Program-made: the position numbers and the translations under genes | The notes under the pieces: generated by a model | Databases searched by the model: none | Seen by the model: only the letters and a program-made list of their open reading frames with translations | What the model was told of the DNA's origin: nothing | Shown here: positions 11,001 through 23,000 of the stretch, in pieces | Layout of the letters: every line of letters begins with the position of its first letter | Numbering within the stretch: the stretch's first letter is position 1 | NCBI GenBank assembly: GCA_032718475.1 | Contig: JAUCBJ010002752.1 | Span: 1 to 64,000, forward strand | DNA: 64,000 nt | Reading direction: 5' to 3' | Source of the DNA: Nemertoderma westbladi | Lineage: Eukaryota > Animalia > Xenacoelomorpha

Positions 11001-14000
11001 TCACTGTGTCCCCACCTGTTACCACGAATCACTGTGTCCCCACCTGTAACCACCACTCACTGTGTCCCACCTATAATCTCCACTCACTGTGTCCCCACCT
11101 GTAACCACCACTCACTGTGTCCCTTCCTCTAACCACCACTCACTGTGTCCCTTCCTCTAACCACCACTCACTGTGTCCCTTCCTCTAACCACCACTCACT
11201 GTGTCCCTTCCTCTAACCACCACTCACTGTGTCCTCACCTGTATTGTAACCACCACTCACTGTGTCCCACCTATAATCTCCACTCACTGTGTCCCCACCT
11301 GTAACCACCACTCACTGTGTCCCCGCCTGTAACCACGAGTCACTGTGTCCCCACCTGTAACCACCACTCACTGTGCCCCCACCTGTATCCAGCACACACT
11401 GTGTCCCCACCTGTAACCACCACTCACTGTGTCCCACCTATAATCTCCACTCACTGTGTCCCCACCTGTAACCACCACTCACTGTGCCCCCACCTGTAAC
11501 CTCCACTCACTGTGTCCCCACCTGTAACCTCCACTCACTGTGTCTCCCACCTGTAATCCTCTCTCACTGCGTCCCAACCTCCACTCACCTGTAACCTCAC
11601 TCACTATGTCCCACCTGGAACCTCCACTCACTGTGTGTAATCCCCACTCACTATGTCTCCCACCTGTAATCTCCACTCACCCACCTGTAACCACCATTCA
11701 CTGTGTCCCCACCTGTAACCACCACTCACTGTGTTCCCACCTGTAACCTCAACTCACTGTGTTCCCACCTGTAACCTCTACTCACTGTGTCCCACCTATA
11801 ATATCCACTGACTGTGTCCCAACCTCCACGCACTGTGTCTCCACCTGTTACCTCCACTCACTGTGTCTCCCACCTGAAATCCTTTCTCACTGTGTCCCAA
11901 CCTCCACTCACTGTGTCCCCACCTGTAACCTCAACTCACTGTGTTCCCACCTGTAACCTCTACTCACTGTGTCCCACCTATAATATCCACTGACTGTGTC
12001 CCAACCTCCACGCACTGTGTCCCCACCTGTTACCTCCACTCACTGTGTCTCCCACCTGAAATCCTTTCTCACTGTGTCCCTACCTCCACTCACTGTGTCC
12101 CCACCTGTAACCTCAACTCACTGTGTTCCCACCTGTAACCTCTACTCACTGTGTCCCACCTATAATATCCACTGACTGTGTCCCAACCTCCACGCACTGT
12201 GTCCCCACCTGTTACCTCCACTCACTGTGTCTCCCACCTGAAATCCTTTCTCACTGTGTCCCAACCTCCACTCACCTGTAACCTCTACTCACTATTTCCC
12301 ACCTATAACCTCCACTCGTTGTGTACCACCTGTAACCTACACTCACTGTGTCCGCACCTGTAACCTCCACTCGCTGTGTCCCTCCCACCTGAACCTGTTA
12401 CCTCCACTCACTGTGTCTCCCACCTGTAATCCTCTCTCACAGTGTCCCAACCTCCACTCACCTGTAACCTCACTCACTATGTCCCACCTGGAACCTCCAC
12501 TCACTGTGCGTAATCCCCACTCACTATGTCTCCCACCACACTGTGTCCCACCTATAATCTCCACTCACTGTGCCCCCACCTGTAACCACCACTCACTGTG
12601 TCCCCACCTGTAACCATCACTCACTGTGTCCCCACCTGTAACCACCACTCACTGTGTCCCCACCTGTAACTACGAGTCACTGTGTCCCCACCTGTATCCA
12701 CGAGTCACTGTGTCCCCACCTGTAACCACCATTCACTGTGTCCCACCTATAATCTCCACTCACTGTGTCCCCACCTGTAATCTCCACTCACCCACCTGTA
12801 ACCACCATTCACTGTTCCCACCTATAATCTCCACTCACTGTGCCCCTTCCTCTAACCACCACTCACTGTGCCCCTTCCTCTAACCACCACTCACTGTGTC
12901 CTCACCTGTACTGTAACCACCACTCACTGTGTTCCCATCTGTAACCACCACTCACTGTGTCCCCACCTGTAACCACCACTCACTGTGTCCCCACCCGTTA
13001 CCACGAGTCACTGTGTCCCCACCTGTAACCACCACTCACTGTGTCCCACCTAGAACCACCACTCACTGTGTTCCCATCTGAAAACACCACTCACTGTGTC
13101 CCCACCTGTAACCACCACTCACTGTGTCCCCACCTGTAACCACCACTCACTGTGTCCTCACCTGTATTGTAACCACCACTCACTGTGTCCCCACCTGTAA
13201 CCACCACTCACTGTGTCCCTCACACCTGTAACCACCACACACTGTGTCCCCACCTGTAACCACCACTCACTGTGTCCCCACCTGTAACCACGAGTCACTG
13301 TGTCCCCACCTGTAACCACCACTCACTGTGTCCCCACCTGTAACCACGAGTCACTGTGTCCCACCTATAATCTCCACTCACTGTGTCCCCACCTGTAACC
13401 ACCACTCACTGTGTCCCACCTAGAACCACCACTCACTGTGTTCCCATCTGAAAACACCACTCACTGTGTCCCCACCTGTAACCACCACTCACTGTGTCCC
13501 CACCTGTAACCACCACTCACTGTGTCCCACCTATAATCTCCACTCACTGTGTCTCCCACCTGTAACCACCACTCACTGTGTCCCCACCTGTAATCCTCTC
13601 TCACTGTGTCCCAACCTCCACTCACCTGTAACCTCCACTCACTATGTCCCACCTGGAACCTCAACTCCCTGTGTGTAATCCCTACTCACTATGTCTCCCA
13701 CCTGTAATCTCCACTCACCCACCTGTAACCTCCACTCACTGTGTCTCCCACCTGTAATCCTCTCTCACTGCGTCCCAACCTCCACTCACCTGTAACCTCA
13801 CTCACTATGTCCCACCGGGAACCTCCACTCACTGTGTGTAATCCCCACTCACTATGTCTCCCACCTGTAATCTCCACTCACCCACCTGTAACCACCACTC
13901 ACTGTGTCCCCACCTGTAACCACCACTCACTGTGTTCCCACCTGTAACCTCAACTCACTGTGTTCCCACCTGTAACCTCTACTCACTGTGTCCCACCTAT

Positions 14001-17000
14001 AATCTCCACTGACTGTGTCCCAACCTCCACGCACTGTGTCCCCACCTGTTACCTCCACTCACTGTGTCTCCCACCTGAAATCCTTTCTCACTGTGTCCCA
14101 ACCTCCACTCACTGTGTCCCCACCTGTAACCTCAACTCACTGTGTTCCCACCTGTAACCTCTACTCACTGTGTCCCACCTATAATATCCACTGACTGTGT
14201 CCCAACCTCCACGCACTGTGTCCCCACCTGTTACCTCCACTCACTGTGTCTCCCACCTGAAATCCTTTCTCACTGTGTCCCACCCTCCACGCACTGTGTC
14301 CCAACCTGTAACCTCCACTCACTGTGTCCCTCCCACCTGTAACCTCCACTCGCTGTGTCCTACCTGTAACCTCCACTCACTGTGTCCCACCTGTAACCTT
14401 CACTCACTGTGTCTGCACCAGCCTGTAACCTCCACTCGCTGTGCCCCTCCCACCTGTAACCTCCACTCACTGTGTCCGCACCTGTAACCTCCACTCGCTG
14501 TGTCCTTCCCACCTGTACCTGTAACCTACACTCACTGTATCCCACCTGTAACCTCCACTCGCTGTGTCCCTCCCACCTGTAACCTCCACTCACTGTGTCC
14601 GCACCTGTAACCTTCACTCGCTGTGTCCCTCCCACCTGTAACCTACACTCACTGTGTCCCACCTGTAACCTCCACTCGCTGTGTCCCTCCCACCTGTAAC
14701 CTCCACTCGCTGTGTCCCACCTGTAACCTCCACTCGCTGTGTCCCACCTGTAACCTCCACTCACTGTGTCCGCACCTGTAACCTTCACTCGTTGTGTCCC
14801 TCCCACCTGTAACCTACACTCACTGTGTCCCACCTGTAACCTCCACTCGCTGTGTCCCTCCCACCTGTAACCTCCACTCGCTGTGTCCCACCTGTGACCT
14901 CCACTCACCGTGTCCCACCTGTAACCTTCACTCACTGTGTCCGCACCAGCCTGTAACCTCCACTCGCTGTGTCCCTCCCACCTGTAACCTCCACTCGCTG
15001 TGTCCCACCTGTAACCTCCAATCACTGTGTCCGCACCTGTAATCTTCACTCGCTGTGTCCCTCCCACCTGTAACCTACACTCACTGTGTCCCACCTGTAA
15101 CCTCCACTCGCTGTGCCACTCCCACCTGTAACCTCCACTCACTGTGTCCGCACCTTTAACCTCCACTCGCTGTGTTCCCACCTGTAACATCCACTCACTG
15201 TCCCACATGACCCACCTGTAACCTCCACTCGCTGTGTTCCCACCTGTAACATCCACTCACTGTCCCACATGACCCACCTGTAACCTCCACTCGCTGTGTT
15301 CCCACCTGTAACCTCCACTCACTGTCCCACATGACCCTCCTGTAACCTCCACTCACTGTCCCACATGACCCACCTGTAACCTCCTCTCACTACGTTCATG
15401 TAGTTTCCTCTCTTCCAGTTGTTGTCTCAGATTCTTTAGATGTGCCTCTCTGTCGCGCCTACCCTCGTATACCAATGTCTCTTGTCTCGTTAACTCTTGT
15501 CTCGCAATATCACGCGAGATCTGCGCGTCGTTACTCATCGTTTTTAGATTGTTCAACTCTTCTTCTAGTTCTTGGATCTCCTGTTCCATGTCATCGAGCT
15601 GCTCGTAAATAATTTATCAAATTTAAGGCAGATTTAGATAAAATAAAAAATAAAACAAAAGTAATTTAATTTAACATATATTAAAGTGTTACAAATATAT
15701 ATTGTTTAATTATTTTAGCCAAAAATACAATATCAGTTATAATGGAAACACACGCAATAAACCCTATTTTGTTTAAATCATCCTTAGTTACCATGGTATT
15801 TGGACTAGGGTAACCATTAAAGGAGATTCCGTCTTAATAATAATGTAGTCAGTCAGTCTTCCTTCGGGTCCAGTGAGATTGGGCAATTTAGTGAAATGTT
15901 GACGTTGTCGCTACGAATAACCGGATGACCGAGATCAAAACCCGATATTGTTTTAGCGTACACGATACGACAACAGATCTATAATACCTGATGGATAAAT
16001 ACTTCCAATTTCGAAATAATTTTACTTAGTCCGCTCCCTTATGATATGACTGCACCGACATGAATTTCCTTAGGATTACGAATAGACCAACTCAAGTTAC
16101 ACGTATGATATTTTCATCGTAATTTGGCTTTATAAGCTTTACAACTTACTCTGTTATGGTGTGTTTTCTGATCGGTTTTCAAGGAATGTAATATCTTCTC
16201 GTATGTCCTATTGAGTCTCTCAGCTTCTTGTGTTTTTAATTGGGCTTTGTCCAATCTGAAAGAGCGGAAAAACCAACAAATTATATATAAATAAATCATA
16301 TTAGCTTTCCATGACGGCGACTATAAAATATGAGAAGAATGATAAACATCGCCGAACTCAGCAACGCATAGATAGATAGCGCATCAATGCTATTGGCAGG
16401 TATTTGGGTGAAAATTGGTTTTATAGATTGAATAATTTCCCAGATGATTGGTATTATTGCCATTTGGGAGATTCGTAAATTGTTCACGTTGTCTATTTAT
16501 GTTATTCACCTGTCGCTTTTTTTTTGCCCCATCTCGTTTTTACCTGCGCTATTTACCTATTCTCCAACTGGCACTTTTTTTGCCCCATCTCGTTTTTACC
16601 CGCGCTATTTACCTATTCTCCAACTGGCACTTTTTTGCCCCATCACGGATTTACCCGCGCTATTTACCTATTCTCCAACTGGCACTTTTTTGCCCCATCA
16701 CGTTTTTACCCGCGCTATTTACCTATTCTCCAACTGGCATTTTTTTTCCCCATCTCGTTTTTACCCGCGCTATTTACCTGTTCTCCAACTCCCACTGGCA
16801 CTTTTTTTACCCCATCTCGCTTTTACCCGCGCTATTTACCTGTTCTCCAACTGCCACTGGCACTTTTTTTTGCCCCATTTCGTTTTTACCCGCGCTACGC
16901 TATTTACCTGTTCTTCAACTGCCACTGGCACTTTTTTTGCCCATCTCGTTTTTACCCGCGCTATTTACCTGTTCTCCAACTGCCACTGGCACTTTTTTTT

Positions 17001-20000
17001 TGCCCCATTTCGTTTTTACCCGCGCTACGCTATTTACCTGTTCTCCAACTGCCACTGGCACTTTTTTTGCCCATCTCGTTTTTCCCTAGCTATTTACCTG
17101 TTCTCCAACTCTCACTGGCACTTTTTTGCCCCATTTCGTTTTTACCCGCGCTACGCTATTTACCTGTTCTCCAACTGCCACTGGCACTTTTTTTGCCCAT
17201 CTCGTTTTTCCCTAGCTATTTACCTGTTCTCCAACTCTCACTGGCACTTTTTTGCCCCATCTCGTTTTTACCCGCGCTATTTACCTATTCTCCAACTGGT
17301 ACTTTTTTTGCCCCATTTCGTTTTTACCCGCACTATTTACCAATTATCCAATTGGCACTTTTTTCCCCATCACGTTTTTACCCGCGCTATTTACCTATTC
17401 TCCAACTGGCATTTTTTTTGCCCATCTCATTTTTACCCGCGCTATTTACCTCTTCTCCAACTGCCACTGGCACTTTTTTGCCCATTTCGTTTTTACCCGC
17501 ACTATTTACATGTTCTCAAACTGCCACTGGCACTTTTTTTGCCCCATTTTGTTTTTACCCGCGCTATTTACCAATTATCCAACTGGCACTTTTTTGCCCC
17601 ATCACGGATTTACCCGCGCTATTTACCTATTCTCCAACTGGCAATTTTTTGCCCCATCACGTTTTTACCCGCGCTATTTACCTATTCTCCACCTGGCACT
17701 TTTTTTTGCCCCATCTCGTTTTTACCCGCGCTATTTACCTGTTTTCCAACTGGCACTTTTTTTGCCCCATCTCATTTTTACCCGCGCTATTTACCTATTC
17801 TCCAACTGGCACCCTTTTTGCCCCATCTCGTATGTACCCGCGCTATTTACCTATTCTCCTACTGGCACTTTTTTTTGCCCCATATCGTTTTACCCGCGCT
17901 ATTTACCTGTTCTCCAACTGTCACTTTTTTTCTCCATCTCGATTTTACCCGCGCTATTTACCTATTCTCCAACTAGCGCTTTTTTGCCCCATCTCGTTTT
18001 TACACGCGCTATTTACCTATTCTCCAACTGGCACCTTTTTTGCCCCATCTCGTTTTTACCCGCGCTATTTACCTGTTCTCCAACTCCCACTGGCACTGTT
18101 TTGCCCCATCTCGTTTTTACCCGCGCTATTCACCTGTTCTCCAACTTCCACTGGCACTTTTTTTGCCCCATCTCGTTTTTACAAGCGCTATTTACCTATT
18201 CTCCAACTGGCACCTTTTTTGCCCCATCTCGTTTTTACCCGCGCTATTTGTTAAATGTGAATAATAATCAGTTTGATCGAGTTATTATATTACAGTTTAA
18301 CCAATATATATAGTCAGACAGTTGAATCCAGTTAGATATAGAATCATGAACTGTAGCCTACTGATTACCGGTACGCGGTAACCATACTACCGTACCTATA
18401 TCAGTAACCAACACATACCGTCATCCAGGTACTGTCTACAGTATTAACAATCTTCCGTTTCTTTCCTTTTTAGTTTGTTCCACAAATAAATTCTAACTAT
18501 AAAAAAAGGTATTCTGGCCATAAGTCAATTATGGTCTTAAGTTTCAACTTGTACAAATACAAATCGGATAGTCATTCAATTAGTTACTTTCAGTTTGTTA
18601 CATTCATTGAAATTTATGCTATCGGCTTGTCAAACATGACCAGTTAGATTTTCCAAAAGCTCATACATCACAAACGGGTCGTTCAATATGCGTTTTAATA
18701 AAACAACGGACTGACTTTTTGCTTTGGTCAGTGTATCAGCAATCTGCAACTTTGTTGGAATCCATTTCAGTTTTTTAATATCAACCACGAGTTCTTTAAT
18801 AAATGCAAAGTCAATTGCCAGTCGTTTCTCTATCGGAATCTTCCCATTATATAAATCCTGAACCAATCCTTTGTGATCGGAGTAAAAATGACAATCAATT
18901 AGATCAGATCGCAATATAGACTTCATAAACATCTGAATATATCGACCCATATCGACACCCTCTACCAGGGCAAACGTCTCGGCAGATAATGTACTTTTAG
19001 TAACACGCCGACAACAACGGCTAGCCCAATATAACAAATAATGTCCCCAGAAAATATAGATAGCTAAGCGAGACGGGTTACCAAACGAAGAATCAACGAA
19101 TATATAAAGATTAGGAATTGTTGAACGCACTGCTTCGGGAGGATCTGCGGTTTCTGGATGGTAATATTTCAATATAACCTTTTCAGACTTTATCTTCCTT
19201 ACTGTTTTGTTTAATAACGCGATATTGTCCGCGTTTGGAGAGTTAATCTGAGATGAACTCCCTACAATAAATCCGATATCTGGTCTAGTGTTTGTTGAAA
19301 CCCACATTAGCTTCCCCAATGTTGATTTGAAATATGATTTGCACGATAACTCACTATCTTTGTCAATAACCTCAAAATCAATGCCTTCAATATACTGTTC
19401 TTGTGATATTTCATAACTACCATTATCTAGCTGGCGAATGCATACTCCCAGAAACTTAGTCCATGTATCTTTGATTCGCCGGACTTTACCCACTTTCAAC
19501 AAATGTGCAATGCCTTCACGAACCTTAGGAAGACCATTCACACCACCTATGAGAAGGTCATCAACGTGTGTTGCTATCATACCAACAAGTCTATCATGTT
19601 CATCATAATTTGTATACAACGCTGGATCAAATTGGTTTTGAAAGTTACCCAGTACAAACAGCTCTTCCTGCAACTTATGATACCAATACCTACAGGCATC
19701 CTGTAACCCATAGACGGCTTTATTTAATTTCCAGAATACATTCGCAGCTTTGATTTCTTTTGATTTGGTGCTTAATTTGTTTATGTACTCTGGAGGTGGT
19801 ACAGCATAAATAACTCGATCACTTTCAAAGTTATTACTCTGAAGAAAGGCCGTTTTAATATCAATGACCCACAAATCCCACTTAAATAAAGAAGCCATGG
19901 ATAACAGAGTTCGTATCGATGTCTTGTCACAAGTTGGCGAAAATGAGATTGGATCTTCTTTATCCTGAAATCCTTTAACTACCAAACGGGCCTTTGTAAA

Positions 20001-23000
20001 TTTTATACCTTCCACATCTTTCTCCGTAATAACCCAGCGAGTCTGAACAATATTAGCTTTACTAGGAACTTCATAGACTTCCGTATATACATCATTCTGC
20101 AGCCAGTTTAACAGTTCCTGTTCCTTGGCTGCCTCAGTGTCTAGCAAAGGTGTAGGTCTTTGTTCGCCAAAATAACCATAGAACTCTGGCGGTTTGCGCT
20201 CTCTTGTAGGATATTTCGAAGAAACTTCCGAAAGAATTGGTTCTTCCATGACCTCACAATTATCAATACTAGTCGATTCCATAGACGGCATCATTGCGTC
20301 ATCGTAATTAGCACTGGACGCATTCAAATCGTCAGAGTATGACTCAGAAGTTGAACCATTGGGATTGACTTGTTTGACTTTATTTATCGCCGGTAATTCT
20401 TCTGGATCAGAAGTGCCAACACTTCCTGAGTGGCTATAATCTTCAACTATCATGTCTGTGTCTTCGGTTTCTTTGAACTCACTTCCAAATCCCAGTTTGG
20501 CACTATCGTGTAGCTTAATTTTTGATCTATGACAACGGATATAGCGAGAGCCATGACCAACAAGTATTTCCGAACCTTTAACAGCAACAACCTTCGCTGG
20601 ACCACACCACTTGCCCGCAGTGTTATAATAATATACTGCATCTCCATTGACAACCTCACTATTAGATGGTCGTATGTTTCTTTGTAATGCTCTACGAACC
20701 CGACTAGAAGCATCCGATTTTGCAAATTGTTCCCTCACATCATTCAATAAAGCGATATGTTCAATAACAGATTTGCTAACTGATTGTGAATTATCTAAAG
20801 CACATAAGTTGTCCGTCAAAACTCCTCCTATATTCGGGCCCCTGCCAAACATTATTTGGTGTGGAGAAAAGCCATTATGATTTGGCCAAGCATTCTTTAC
20901 AAACGTAGCCATAGTTAATATTTTATAATCAGAATAGCTCTGATTATCCGATTTTATTCGACAATATATATCCTTAATTAAACCATTATGTCTCTCCGTT
21001 ATTCCGTTGCTGAATGGAGAGTATGGTGCCGTAACATCATGTGTCATATTAAGCTTATTGCACAACTCAGTAAAGCTTATAGCAACGAACTCGCCACCAT
21101 TATCTGTGAAGACTGATTTGTTAGGTGGACCAAAAATAGAACACCATTTATCCAATAATGCACTCTGAACACTTGTGGACAATTTATTTGGCAGTATCAT
21201 TGTCATACTATAGCGAGAGAATAAGTCTACAACGTGAAGAACAGGCTTACCATGGCTATAATTCAACTCTTCCATAAAAAATAAATCTAAACCGATAATA
21301 TCGTTACATGTTTTGCCAAGAGGCAGTGAAACAATTGGATTAGATGGTTTTCTTCTTCCATGTATTTTACATTCAGCACAATCCTTCATTACTTCATCAA
21401 CAAAAGTTATATAGGACTCACCAACAAACAAGCCAGACTGTTCGATCAGCTTAATTAGCGTTTGTTTCGACGGATGAGCGAACTGTTTATGAAGTTTCAG
21501 AATCTCCTTATATGATAACTGCAATTGAGATTTCGGATTCTGCAATTTCCCACGTTCGGTTTCACTAGAATCGATGCGATTATCACCGTTGTCAGCTCTT
21601 TTATCAGCTGTATCTGTGATTAATGCAGTATTAATAAGCCTTTCACCTGGAATTAGTGGAATCGCACAGTGACCAGATATTAACTCAACAAGTTGCACTG
21701 CTGATCCATTAATTGTTGCAATATTTGCCGAAATATCTAGCATTACCTGAAGTTTGGCCATTGTTGGTCGAGAGAGTAGTAGTGGCAATGATCCCTCTAT
21801 AACGTCAACAGATATTTTATACGTAATATCATTAACCGGAATATCAAGAATATAGTTCTGTTTTGCAATCTTTTCTTCTCCACCGCCAAATATATATACT
21901 GAATAAGTGGTACGAGAAGAAGGATTTACATTGAATATAGCCTTATAAGTTTCAAGCCATTCAGTTCCAGAAACAGTCTTCGTGCAAGCAGTGTCCAAAA
22001 TGGCATAAATGTCAGTTGTTTTTCTAATGAAGTTATTAGTTTTCTTGGTCGGTTTTGCAAGAAACACGCTATTTTTAAACAGATGTTTAAGAAAGTAAAC
22101 ATTTCGTTCATTATCTCCAGAATCTTCTCTACACCCAATGAGCATCTTTTCATTATCAGATTCTGATTCATTATGCGGACAGAGATCATCTGTATGGAGT
22201 ACAGACTCACATACATTACATTGAGATTTATGGGGACAATCCCGTTGAAAGTGATATATCGAATCGCAGACTCGGCAGCGGTTGTTTTTATTAGGGCCCT
22301 TGACATTTGAATTAGTAAATGGTAAAGGTAGTTTGCTGGTGTTTATCGAGTTTGGCTTAAACGATCTACCGGTGCCAGTACCTAGGTTGGATTTGGATTG
22401 AAAACGTGACGGTTTCTTATTCCTAAAATTAGCCTCCAAAGCAATTTCAGTTTTTAGTTCTTCGGAATCAAATCTCGATTCATCGGTGCCTAACTTGGAA
22501 TTACCAGATCCAATATCCGACATCATTCTCAAAATATGTCGTTTCACGTCATTAAATTCAAGTTTAGCAGTTGCCAAAATCATTTTGCGCTCACTATTAC
22601 TTAAATTGGATTTATGTATCAATTCGGCCGCCAAAATAGAATCGTCAAACGTAAGACCAAATTCTTTTAGGTTACTCACCATACTCTCGAATTTTATCAC
22701 AAAGTCACGCACATTTTCATTGGAATTTCGACAAAAATTCCGAAATATAACAAAATTGTTGTAGGCATCTTCCTCTTTTTCTTTTAAAAACGTTTCATCC
22801 AATTGTCTAATAAGAGAAGCTAAACCGCCATCCACCGCTAATGCGGGAACGTCTAAATCCAAAGCTTTATCTTTGGCAACACCACGAAGATTAAGAATTA
22901 CTGTAGCTGCTTGTTTCGCCGCTGAAGTTTCTGTTATCGATTCCCAAACTAAGATTTCTTTCTTCCACCGACGATAGTTTGGATTCTTTCCAGATGGATC

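Noticed and set aside
9531-15256. Many His/Cys/Thr-rich ORFs
   Set aside because: Artefacts of the 28-bp array; frames shift with each unit.
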